29,182 bases of DNA from a virus (lineage: Duplodnaviria; Caudoviricetes), in the IMG/VR virus record IMGVR_UViG_3300027780_000050, positions 1 through 29,182 of that record; one strand, given 5' to 3'. A model generated the notes under the pieces. That model was not told where the DNA came from. It was given only the letters and a program-made list of their open reading frames with translations, and ran no database searches. Every line of letters starts with the position of its first letter. The stretch's first letter is position 1. The position numbers were made by a program, and so were the translations under genes. Shown here one piece after another: positions 1 through 8,579 of the stretch.

Positions 1-28
1 ACTATAACAATATAAGGAGTTAATCCCC

Positions 29-1279
29 ATGGCAAATGAATTAGATAAAACCATTGAGGAATTAGAAGCAGAGGTACTTGGTGAACTTGATGAAGCCAAT
101 GGTGCAGATGCTCCTAAGAAATCAGCGGGTTCTGCCGATAAGATGGATAGTGTAGAGGGCGAAGTAGAAGATACTGGCGCTGCTGTTACTGATCCAGAGC
201 AAAAAGACTCTCCTGCTAAAAAGATCGCTAGTAAAGTGAAACAAGTAAGTGGAGATGCACAACAAAAGGGTGGAAGTTCACCCGATAAGATGCAAAAACT
301 TGCCGCTGGACATGTTCCAGAAGGTGAAGTTATTGCAGAAGAAGAAGACGATGATGCGCCTAAGATGGAAATGAAAACCAAAAAAGATGCTATCAATGCA
401 ATGTATGACAAAATCAAAGAAATGGAAAAAATGCCTGCAAATGAGGCAAAAGCATTAGCTGCTTCCTATATGGAAATGGCTCACGCTAAACCAGAAGAAA
501 CAGAAGAAGAAAAGGTCAAGAAAGAATCAGTCGAAAATCGTCTGAAGTCTATTGATGTTTCTGAACATGTTGAAGCTTTGATGACAGGTGAGGGTGACCT
601 CTCTGAAGAATTTAAACGCAAAGCCGCAACAGTTTTTGAGGCTGCTGTTAAATCTAAAGTTCGTTCTGAAGTTGAAAGAATGGAAGACGAATATAAATCT
701 GAACTGGAAGAAAATATTACCACAACTAAAGGTGAGTTAACTGAAAAGGTTGACACTTATCTTAATTATGTTGTTGAAGAATGGATGAAAGAGAACGAGT
801 TGGCTATCGAAAGAGGCTTGAAAGGCGAAATCGCTGAAGACTTTATCTCAGGTTTGAAACAATTGTTTGAAGACCACTACGTTGATGTTCCAGATGAAAA
901 ATATGATGTGCTTGAAGCACAATCAGAAAAGATTTCTGAACTAGAAGGTAAGATTAATGAGATGATGGAGTCCAACATCAAAATTAAATCTGCTAATGCT
1001 ACACTAGTGAAAGAATCTGTCATGTCAGAGGTTTCCTCAGACTTGGCTGATACCGAAATTGAAAAGTTTAAGTCGCTGATTGAAGATGTTGACTTCGCCA
1101 ACGAAGCATCTTATCGTGAGAAACTTTCTACATTGAAGGAAAGCTATTTCCCTTCAACTAAAGTTATCACAGAAGTTACTGAAACATTTGATGATGTAGA
1201 CTCTGGCATCGCACAGGACATTGACACCTCTCAATCAATGACAGCTTATATGTCTGCGATTGGTAGGACTGCCAAATAG
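29..1279 (+). CDS. gp22: Prohead core scaffolding protein (T4 gp22-like)
   Basis: Acidic coiled-coil protein with LSEEFKRKAATVFEAAV, VDTYLNYVVEEW and KLSTLKESYF motifs typical of T4-like gp22; directly upstream of major capsid gene; SD AAGGAG. Confidence 0.93.
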   Translation: MANELDKTIEELEAEVLGELDEANGADAPKKSAGSADKMDSVEGEVEDTGAAVTDPEQKDSPAKKIASKVKQVSGDAQQKGGSSPDKMQKLAAGHVPEGEVIAEEEDDDAPKMEMKTKKDAINAMYDKIKEMEKMPANEAKALAASYMEMAHAKPEETEEEKVKKESVENRLKSIDVSEHVEALMTGEGDLSEEFKRKAATVFEAAVKSKVRSEVERMEDEYKSELEENITTTKGELTEKVDTYLNYVVEEWMKENELAIERGLKGEIAEDFISGLKQLFEDHYVDVPDEKYDVLEAQSEKISELEGKINEMMESNIKIKSANATLVKESVMSEVSSDLADTEIEKFKSLIEDVDFANEASYREKLSTLKESYFPSTKVITEVTETFDDVDSGIAQDIDTSQSMTAYMSAIGRTAK

Positions 1280-1296
1280 TGCAAAATAAACAATAT

Positions 1297-1304
1297 TATA
1301 AATA
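1297..1304 (+). promoter_or_regulatory. T4-type late promoter (TATAAATA) for gp23
   Basis: Exact TATAAATA in the intergenic gap, upstream of SD AAGGAG and gp23 ATG. Confidence 0.88.
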
Positions 1305-1330
1305 GTAGAAATATATAAAGGAGAAACAAA

Positions 1331-2662
1331 ATGTTTCAAACAGAACATCTACAAGAAAAGTGGTCACCTGTCCTTAAACATCCCGATCTTCCTGAGATCA
1401 AGGATAGTTATAAGCGTGCAGTAACTACAATCATCTTGGAAAACCAAGAAAAAGCTTTAAGAGAAGACAAAAACTTCTTAAACGAAACAGTATCAACTAA
1501 CTTTGCTGGTGGAAATGGTGCTTTAGATACATGGGATCCCATTCTAATATCGTTAGTAAGACGCTCTATGCCTAATTTGATTGCATATGACATTTGTGGT
1601 GTACAACCAATGACAGGGCCAACTGGTCTTATCTTTGCAATGCGTGCCCGTCTAGCATCAATGGATGGTGCTGAAGCACTTGCTGATGAAGCTTTCCCTG
1701 ATTTAGCAAACCAAAACGCTGCTGGTACTATCGGTGGTGGAGATATTGGTACAACTGAAACTAACCCTGCCGTATTGAACGATTCACCAGCTGGAACTTA
1801 TACTTCTGCAACTGGTATGACTACAGTACAAGGTGAGGCACTAGGTGACTCAGGTACTAACGCATTCGGTGAAATGGCGTTCTCAATCGAGAAGCACACT
1901 GTTACAGCTGTAACACGTGCTCTTAAAGCAGAGTACACTATGGAACTTGCACAGGATCTTAAAGCAATACATGGTCTTGACGCAGAAACCGAACTTGCTA
2001 ATATCCTTTCTTCTGAAATCCTTGCAGAAATAAACAGAGAAGTTGTTCGCAGCATCTATGTTTCTGCTGTTAAAGGTGCTCAAGCAAACACAACTACTGC
2101 TGGTATTTTCGACTTAGACACTGACTCAAATGGTCGTTGGTCTGTTGAAAAGTTCAAAGGTTTAATGTTCGCAATCGAAAGAGATGCAAATGCTATCGGA
2201 CAACAAACTCGTAGAGGTAAAGGTAATATGTTAATCGTATCAGCTGATGTTGCTTCGGCACTTCAAATGGCTGGTGTTCTTGACTACACTCCTGCTCTTA
2301 ACAACAACTTGAATGTTGATGATACTTCAACTACATTCGTTGGTGTTATGAACGGACGTTACAAAGTATATGTTGATCCATATTCTGCTAACGTATCTGG
2401 TTCACAATACTATGTTGTTGGTTATAAAGGTAGTTCACCTTATGACGCTGGTATGTTCTACTGCCCATACGTTCCTCTACAAATGGTTCGTGCGGTTGGT
2501 GAAAATACTTTCCAACCAAAAATCGGCTTTAAAACTCGTTACGGAATTTCTGCTAACCCATTCGCTACTGGTACAGTCGCGGCTGCTGCAGATGGCTCAA
2601 TCGCAATTACTGCGAACGCTAACAAGTACTATCGCAGAGTTAAAGTTTCAAATCTTATGTAA
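1331..2662 (+). CDS. gp23: Major capsid protein (T4 gp23-like)
   Basis: Hallmark motifs LIAYDICGVQPMTGPTGLIFAMR, RALKAEYTMELAQDLKAIHGLDAE, FQPKIGFKTRYG. Confidence 0.98.
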   Translation: MFQTEHLQEKWSPVLKHPDLPEIKDSYKRAVTTIILENQEKALREDKNFLNETVSTNFAGGNGALDTWDPILISLVRRSMPNLIAYDICGVQPMTGPTGLIFAMRARLASMDGAEALADEAFPDLANQNAAGTIGGGDIGTTETNPAVLNDSPAGTYTSATGMTTVQGEALGDSGTNAFGEMAFSIEKHTVTAVTRALKAEYTMELAQDLKAIHGLDAETELANILSSEILAEINREVVRSIYVSAVKGAQANTTTAGIFDLDTDSNGRWSVEKFKGLMFAIERDANAIGQQTRRGKGNMLIVSADVASALQMAGVLDYTPALNNNLNVDDTSTTFVGVMNGRYKVYVDPYSANVSGSQYYVVGYKGSSPYDAGMFYCPYVPLQMVRAVGENTFQPKIGFKTRYGISANPFATGTVAAAADGSIAITANANKYYRRVKVSNLM

Positions 2663-2680
2663 GAATTGTTACTTTACGAG

Positions 2681-2707
2681 AAAAACGGCCTTCGGGTCGT
2701 TTTTTTT
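2681..2707 (+). terminator. Rho-independent terminator after gp23
   Basis: AAAAACGGCC-TTCG-GGTCGTTTTT stem with C(UUCG)G tetraloop followed by a T run. Confidence 0.93.
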
Positions 2708-2721
2708 GTCTTTTATTTCCT

Positions 2722-2729
2722 TATAAATA
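2722..2729 (+). promoter_or_regulatory. T4-type late promoter for gp3
   Basis: Exact TATAAATA just after the gp23 terminator, 5 nt before ATG 2735. Confidence 0.85.
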
Positions 2730-2734
2730 CTAGT

Positions 2735-3325
2735 ATGACAACAGAAACATCTCCCTTAAATCGACAGCCAGATAAGTTAGATTATTCTAGTCCGACTCAA
2801 TTTCGGTTTATGATTAACCAACTTCCCAAAGTGCAGTTCTTTACTACAGCTGCAAATATTCCCGGCATTGGTTTGAGTGAAATAAACTTAGAAACCCCAT
2901 TCAAAGAAATACCTATCATTGGTGACAGAGTTACCTATGAAAATCTAAGTGTATCTTTTATTGTGGACGAGTACCTAGAAAACTATACAGAGCTACACAA
3001 CTGGATAATTGGTATTGGATTTCCAAAAAGCAGACAACAGTTTACAGATTTTCGTTCTACTAAATCTAATACTTCTGTCGCTGGTGCTGGTGGTAATACT
3101 GATATTGGTAAAGTTGGAAAACCTATAGCAGACAAATCGTTTTATTCAGATGCGACACTATCTATTTTATCAAACAAAAATAACCCTATTGTAGAGGTTC
3201 GGTTTTCTGATATGTTCCCTGTGTCACTTAGTAGTCTGGAATACAACCAAAATGTATCAGATGTAGAATACTTGACAGCAACAATTGATTTTCGTTATAA
3301 ATTATACGAGATAGTCACCTTATAA
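2735..3325 (+). CDS. gp3: Tail completion/sheath stabilizer (T4 gp3-like)
   Basis: Motifs FRFMINQLPKVQFF..ANIPGI, FIVDEYLENY.ELHNWI, FPVSLSSLEY; start moved from TTG 2666 (which runs through the terminator) to ATG 2735. Confidence 0.88.
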   Translation: MTTETSPLNRQPDKLDYSSPTQFRFMINQLPKVQFFTTAANIPGIGLSEINLETPFKEIPIIGDRVTYENLSVSFIVDEYLENYTELHNWIIGIGFPKSRQQFTDFRSTKSNTSVAGAGGNTDIGKVGKPIADKSFYSDATLSILSNKNNPIVEVRFSDMFPVSLSSLEYNQNVSDVEYLTATIDFRYKLYEIVTL

Positions 3326-3337
3326 TATGGAGTAATA

Positions 3338-3769
3338 ATGACCCTTGATGAATTAAAAATTCAAGTCCAAAATGACTTGAAAGTAGATAATGAACACTTA
3401 GATACCGAATCATTAAAAAACCAAGAAATTAAAGCCAAATACTTAGACCACAAATCTAGATACGAGCTTCTTTTGTTTAAAGCAAAAGGAGATTACAAAC
3501 GATTGTATCGTGAAAAGTGGGAATACTATGGTGGTAAATCTGATGCAAAAATCTATGCAACTAAACCATTTGACCTCAAAGTTCTCAAAACAGATTTATC
3601 AGTTTATATATCATCTGATGAAGAAATTATTGATGCAGAAAACAAGGTTGGTTACTTAGAAACTGTTGTGGATTATATCAAAGGAGTTATCAAGTCCGTT
3701 GATAATCGTGGGTGGGATATTAAAAATGCAATTGAATGGAAGAAATTTGAAGCAGGACTGACATACTAA
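3338..3769 (+). CDS. uvsY: Recombination mediator UvsY
   Basis: KWEYYGGK, PFDLKVLKTD and NRGWDIKNAIEWKKF motifs; synteny gp3-uvsY-uvsW. Confidence 0.92.
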   Translation: MTLDELKIQVQNDLKVDNEHLDTESLKNQEIKAKYLDHKSRYELLLFKAKGDYKRLYREKWEYYGGKSDAKIYATKPFDLKVLKTDLSVYISSDEEIIDAENKVGYLETVVDYIKGVIKSVDNRGWDIKNAIEWKKFEAGLTY

Positions 3770-4311
3770 TGGTAAACTTTTATGATGATTTTTTAGAAGA
3801 ACATATTGCACAATTAATTGATATGCAATTAAAAGATGTGTCTTGGAAATTTGATTATGATTCTGTAGAGAATGGTTTAAATAAACACTGGCATGTTTTT
3901 TGTGGACATGATGAAGAATCCCTTCGTGAAGATATATCACCTATCTGGCAAAAGATTAAAAAAGAATGGCCAGATTTGCAGTTAGAACGTGCTTATCTAA
4001 ATGCACACACACATGGAATAGAACCACACATTCATAGAGATGATGGTGCTGTAACACTTATCTATTATCCCAGAATGGATTGGAAAAATGAATGGGGCGG
4101 TGGAACTGTAGTATACGATGACAGTATAAAAGATATTACAGACCATGTAAATTACAAAGGCAATAGATTAATAAAGTTCTCTGCACAACTACCACACCAA
4201 GCTCAACCAGTAAGTAGAGAATGTTATCAACTTAGAACTTGTGTTGTATTTAAAACTACACTCCCCTATGTCTCAAATAGAAGTCGGTCATCGTTTGGTT
4301 TGAAAACATAA
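3769..4311 (+). CDS. 2OG-Fe(II) oxygenase (prolyl-hydroxylase-like)
   Basis: HRD...WGGGT...PHQA...R facial triad and 2OG-binding pattern. Confidence 0.85.
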   Translation: MVNFYDDFLEEHIAQLIDMQLKDVSWKFDYDSVENGLNKHWHVFCGHDEESLREDISPIWQKIKKEWPDLQLERAYLNAHTHGIEPHIHRDDGAVTLIYYPRMDWKNEWGGGTVVYDDSIKDITDHVNYKGNRLIKFSAQLPHQAQPVSRECYQLRTCVVFKTTLPYVSNRSRSSFGLKT

Positions 4312-4853
4312 TGATTGGTGCAAACTACTTAATAACAAATTTTCCAAAAGAGTTAATTAAAGAAGTATTAAAAAATAAAGAAAATGTATTAGAAAAAGGT
4401 AGTATAAATGAAGTTAGTGGACTAACAACAAGAACTTCTAGTGTTTCGTGGATAAAAAATAAAAATGCTTGTCAAAGAGTATTTTCTGTGATGAAAAAAC
4501 AGGCAGAACAATTTTCATCTTTACATTTGGACAATATAGAACCATTACAGTATTCAGAATATGAAAGTGACCAAGAGTATGGTTGGCACAAAGATGTAAG
4601 GAATATTCCCTATACTGATGGTAGAATTAGAAAACTATCGTTTTCAATATTTTTAAATGATGATTATGAGGGTGGAGAGTTTGACTTAGAAATTTATAAC
4701 CCTGATACATCACCTAGATATTTAGAAGTAAAAAAACAAAATAATGCGAATTGTATAATATTCAATTCTGACATGTGGCACAGAGTAAGACCTGTGACAT
4801 CTGGTGTAAAAAAAAGTATTGTTGGGTGGATGTTAGGCCCTATGGTTAAATAA
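4311..4853 (+). CDS. 2OG-Fe(II) oxygenase (PKHD/YbiX-type)
   Basis: YGWHKD, RKLSFSIFLNDDYEGGEF, WHRVRPVTSG.KKSIVGW. Confidence 0.88.
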   Translation: MIGANYLITNFPKELIKEVLKNKENVLEKGSINEVSGLTTRTSSVSWIKNKNACQRVFSVMKKQAEQFSSLHLDNIEPLQYSEYESDQEYGWHKDVRNIPYTDGRIRKLSFSIFLNDDYEGGEFDLEIYNPDTSPRYLEVKKQNNANCIIFNSDMWHRVRPVTSGVKKSIVGWMLGPMVK

Positions 4854-4859
4854 AATATT

Positions 4860-6317
4860 ATGAAAATATCAAAGATAAATGAAGTGTATCTTGAGTGTGA
4901 TGTGAATGAGGACTTGGCTAGAGAGTTGTCAGACTATTTTTGCTTTGAAGTGCCGGGCGCAAAGTTTATGCCAACCTATAGAAATAGGATTTGGGATGGT
5001 AAAATTAGATTATTTTCTCCACATAATGGTAGAATTTATGTTGGTCTTTTACCTTACATAAAAGAATATTGTGATAAGAAGTCAATTCAATATACAATCG
5101 AATCTGGAATAGAAGATGATAAAGTTATAGATCGTCAGAAAGTTGAGGATTTTGCTATATCGTTAAAGCCTACTTCTAAAGGTTTACCTATCGAGTTTCG
5201 TGATTACCAAATTGATGCAATTCATCATGCTCTATCAACAAATCGTTGCCTTCTTTTATCTCCTACTGCTTCAGGTAAGTCACTTATAATATACACGCTT
5301 GTTAGATATTATCATCTGATGGGATTAAAAATGCTTATTCTTGTTCCAACAACTTCTTTAGTTGAACAACTGACTTCTGATTTTGTCGATTACGGATGGA
5401 GTGAAAGAAATATTCACAAGGTTTATGCAGGACAAGACAAGACACACAAAACAAAACCTGTTATTATTTCAACATGGCAGTCTGTATATAAAATGCAAAG
5501 TCCATACTTTTCACAATTTGGTTGTATCTTTGGAGATGAAGCTCACACCTTTAAAGCAAAATCACTTACTGATATTATGGTTCGCAGTAGAGATGTAAAA
5601 TATAGATTTGGACTAACAGGAACACTAGACGGAACACAGACACACAGATTAGTATTGGAAGGTTTATTTGGTAAAGTAAAAAAAGTTATTACCACAAAGG
5701 AGCTGATGGATAGTAAAACTGTTGCACAACTTAATATTGATTGTGTTGTTCTAAGGCATACAGAAGAAGAATCACAAAGAGTAAAACACTACACTTACGC
5801 TGAAGAAATAAACTATCTTGTATCACATTTAAAAAGAAATAAGTTTATTGAAAATCTCTGTAGCTCTATTAACGGAAATACATTATTACTTTTTCAATTA
5901 GTAGAGAAACATGGTTCTATATTATACGAACAGATAAATAAGTTAGACAGAAAAGTATTTTTTGTATATGGTGGAACAACAACAAACACAAGAGAAGAAA
6001 TAAGAGCTATTGCAGAAAAAGAGAAAAACGCTATTATTGTTGCGTCTTATGGTACTTTTTCTACTGGCATTAATATTCGTAATATTCACAATATCGTATT
6101 TGCTTCACCATCGAAAAGTAGAGTTAGAGTTTTACAATCTATCGGTAGAGGACTTAGACAATCAGAATCTAAATCAAGTGTTCGTCTTTTTGATATTGCT
6201 GATAACATGACATACAAATCAAATTCGCCAAACTTTACATACAGACATTTTAAACAAAGATTAAAGATTTACAAAGAAGAACAATTTGAATTTAAGGTCA
6301 ATAAAGTTACATTATGA
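4860..6317 (+). CDS. uvsW: SF2 DNA/RNA helicase UvsW
   Basis: WDGKIRLF, Walker A SPTASGKS, DEAH, GLTGT, LQSIGRGLR. Confidence 0.96.
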   Translation: MKISKINEVYLECDVNEDLARELSDYFCFEVPGAKFMPTYRNRIWDGKIRLFSPHNGRIYVGLLPYIKEYCDKKSIQYTIESGIEDDKVIDRQKVEDFAISLKPTSKGLPIEFRDYQIDAIHHALSTNRCLLLSPTASGKSLIIYTLVRYYHLMGLKMLILVPTTSLVEQLTSDFVDYGWSERNIHKVYAGQDKTHKTKPVIISTWQSVYKMQSPYFSQFGCIFGDEAHTFKAKSLTDIMVRSRDVKYRFGLTGTLDGTQTHRLVLEGLFGKVKKVITTKELMDSKTVAQLNIDCVVLRHTEEESQRVKHYTYAEEINYLVSHLKRNKFIENLCSSINGNTLLLFQLVEKHGSILYEQINKLDRKVFFVYGGTTTNTREEIRAIAEKEKNAIIVASYGTFSTGINIRNIHNIVFASPSKSRVRVLQSIGRGLRQSESKSSVRLFDIADNMTYKSNSPNFTYRHFKQRLKIYKEEQFEFKVNKVTL

Positions 6318-6321
6318 TATA

Positions 6322-6329
6322 TATAAATA
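6322..6329 (+). promoter_or_regulatory. T4-type late promoter
   Basis: TATAAATA between the uvsW stop and next ATG (6352). Confidence 0.75.
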
Positions 6330-6351
6330 TAAGTGAGAAAAGGATAAAATA

Positions 6352-6768
6352 ATGTCATACCAAGTTATAAAATTATCTAATGGCGAAGACATTGTTTGTG
6401 AAGTTTTAGAAATAAAAGACACACAAATAAATATATCTGAACCCTTGAAAATGGAAACAAATAGTAAAGTGACAGACAATGGTGCATCTGAATCCTTATC
6501 TTTAGGAAGATGGTTGCAACCATATTCTGATGAAAACATATTTCAAATAGAAAGAAACTCAATTGTAATTATGACTCCAGCAAGTATTGGTCTTATAAAA
6601 TATTATGAATATGTTATGACAACTATTGAAAGAATGGAATTATCAAGTGTTGAAGCAACTGATAAAGACCTTGAATCTATAGTAGAACAAGAAATAATTG
6701 ATGAAGATTTAAGTTTAGATGAAGTAGTAAAGTCATTTAGAAAATCTAACATCAACATATATCATTAA
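6352..6768 (+). CDS. Conserved T4-like hypothetical protein (possible Sm-like fold)
   Basis: IKLSNGEDIVCEV N-terminus and W.PYSDE motif resemble the small gene usually found between uvsW and gp55; SD AAGGA. Confidence 0.7.
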   Translation: MSYQVIKLSNGEDIVCEVLEIKDTQINISEPLKMETNSKVTDNGASESLSLGRWLQPYSDENIFQIERNSIVIMTPASIGLIKYYEYVMTTIERMELSSVEATDKDLESIVEQEIIDEDLSLDEVVKSFRKSNINIYH

Positions 6769-6796
6769 GCTTTATATCTGAAAGAGGACAAGTCCT

Positions 6797-6825
6797 ATTA
6801 TACATACAGTTCGGTGTATTGTCAA
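6797..6825 (-). promoter_or_regulatory. Minus-strand sigma70 consensus promoter (antisense/divergent)
   Basis: Reverse complement reads TTGACA-17 bp-TATAAT exactly (tgtcaa 6820-6825; attata 6797-6802). Confidence 0.75.
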
Positions 6826-6910
6826 TAGGTAAATAAGGATTTATAGATATAATCCTGAGAAAGATGAATTTCCTTTAGCTAAATTAATTTAATTAAAAAC
6901 AATAATTTAC

Positions 6911-6939
6911 TTGACATTACAACTATTTTCGTGTAGAAT
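6911..6939 (+). promoter_or_regulatory. sigma70-type early/middle promoter for gp55
   Basis: TTGACA-17 bp-TAGAAT with AT-rich UP-like region upstream. Confidence 0.8.
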
Positions 6940-6969
6940 GGTTACTAATAATATGAAAAGGAATTTACT

Positions 6970-7527
6970 ATGGCAACAAAGAAAGTAAAAGGTGCTCATT
7001 ACGTTGACAACAAAGTCTTTCATCAAGCGATGATTGATTGGAAAGAAGAATGTCGTGAAGCAGAAGAAATAGGTGAACCCAAACCCAGAGTAACAGAATA
7101 TATAGGCGAGTGCTTTCTAAAGATTGCAAATGGCTTATCGTATAGACCTAATTTTATTAACTATACATATCGTCAAGAAATGATTTCAGATGGTATAGAA
7201 AATTGTCTGCAATATATTCATAACTTTAATCCAGAGAAATCTAAAAATCCTTTTTCTTATTTTACTCAAATTATTTACTATGCATTTCTTCGTAGGATTC
7301 AAAAAGAGAAAAAGCAAACTCATGTAAAACACATGTTGATTCAATCACAAGAGTTTATACAGAGTGTTAATAATGAAGGTGACGATACAATATATCCTAT
7401 TGAGGGTGGGTTTGACCCACACATAATGGTGCCTGACGAAGCTGTGTATAAACCCAAAAAGAAAGACGCTGTAGAAAAATTACCTAAAGGATTAGAAAAC
7501 TTTATGGAGAATGATAAGTGCGAGTAG
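6970..7527 (+). CDS. gp55: Late transcription sigma factor gp55
   Basis: HYVDNK, YIGECFLKIANGLSYRPNFINYTY, NPFSYFTQIIYYAFLRRIQKEKKQ. Confidence 0.97.
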   Translation: MATKKVKGAHYVDNKVFHQAMIDWKEECREAEEIGEPKPRVTEYIGECFLKIANGLSYRPNFINYTYRQEMISDGIENCLQYIHNFNPEKSKNPFSYFTQIIYYAFLRRIQKEKKQTHVKHMLIQSQEFIQSVNNEGDDTIYPIEGGFDPHIMVPDEAVYKPKKKDAVEKLPKGLENFMENDKCE

Positions 7528-8579
7528 CAATTATAACCGATACTCATTTTGGCGCAAGAAATGATAATCAAAATTTTAGTGAATACTTTTTTAAATTTTA
7601 TGAAGAACATTTTTTTCCATATCTAAAAGAAAATAATATTACACACTGCCTTCACTTAGGCGACATTATGGATAGACGCAAGTTTGTTTCATATAGAACT
7701 GCAAAGAATTTCAGAGAAAGGTTTATCAAACCATTTTCGGACTTAGGTATTCAACTTCATATTCTTGTTGGAAACCACGATACCTATTTTAAAAATACTA
7801 ATGAAGTAAACTCAATAACAGAACTGATTGGCACAAGATATGATAATGTGCATATCTATCCAGAAGCAAAAGAAATTGAACTTGATGGATTGCCTGTTAT
7901 GTTAGTGCCATGGATTAATGCATCTAATCACGCTAAAACTATGTCTGCTATGGATAAATCAAAAGCAGACATTTTAATGGGCCACCTTGAAGTTCAAGGT
8001 TTTGAAATGAATAAAGGAGTACGTTGCGAAAATGGATATGCTAAGGATTTGTTTAGAAAGTTTGATACAGTTTTTAGTGGTCATTTCCACATTAAATCCG
8101 ATGATGGTCATATTTATTATCTCGGCAACCCATATGAAATATATTGGAATGATTGTGGAGATAAAAGAGGATTTCATATCTTTGATACTGAAACACGACA
8201 ACTAGATCGTATCATAAATCCTTTAACAATATTTAAGAAAATATATTATGATGACACCACCACTAATTACAAAGACCACGACATTACTCAATACAAAGAC
8301 AATTATGTCAAAGTTATTGTTGTTAATAAAAAAGATTTGTATCAGTTTGACCAATTTGTTGATAAGTTGCTTCGAGCAGATTGTTTTGAAGTCAAAGTCA
8401 TAGAGGACTTTTCAGACTTAGACGCAAATACAGTATCAGACGATATTGTTGCAAACACACAAGATACAATGACAATTCTAAATCTGTATATTGATGATAT
8501 AGAAACTTCTTTAGACAAAGGAAGACTTAAAAATTTACAGAGACAACTTTATATGGAAGCTCAAGACCTACAAATATGA
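7518..8579 (+). CDS. gp47: Recombination endonuclease subunit gp47 (Mre11/SbcD-like)
   Basis: Phosphoesterase motifs DTHFG, LGD, GNHD, GHFH; GTG start. Confidence 0.95.
   Translation: MRVAIITDTHFGARNDNQNFSEYFFKFYEEHFFPYLKENNITHCLHLGDIMDRRKFVSYRTAKNFRERFIKPFSDLGIQLHILVGNHDTYFKNTNEVNSITELIGTRYDNVHIYPEAKEIELDGLPVMLVPWINASNHAKTMSAMDKSKADILMGHLEVQGFEMNKGVRCENGYAKDLFRKFDTVFSGHFHIKSDDGHIYYLGNPYEIYWNDCGDKRGFHIFDTETRQLDRIINPLTIFKKIYYDDTTTNYKDHDITQYKDNYVKVIVVNKKDLYQFDQFVDKLLRADCFEVKVIEDFSDLDANTVSDDIVANTQDTMTILNLYIDDIETSLDKGRLKNLQRQLYMEAQDLQI

Noticed and set aside
2370-2726. 118-aa + strand ORF overlapping the gp23 3' end
   Set aside because: Alternate frame of a highly conserved gene, no SD or recognisable motif
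2666-2734. TTG-initiated N-terminal extension of gp3 in the ORF track
   Set aside because: Runs through the gp23 terminator and late promoter; ATG 2735 is more plausible
6312-6562. Minus-strand ORFs as products of the antisense promoter
   Set aside because: Start more than 200 nt from the predicted TSS, overlap a conserved + gene and lack motifs
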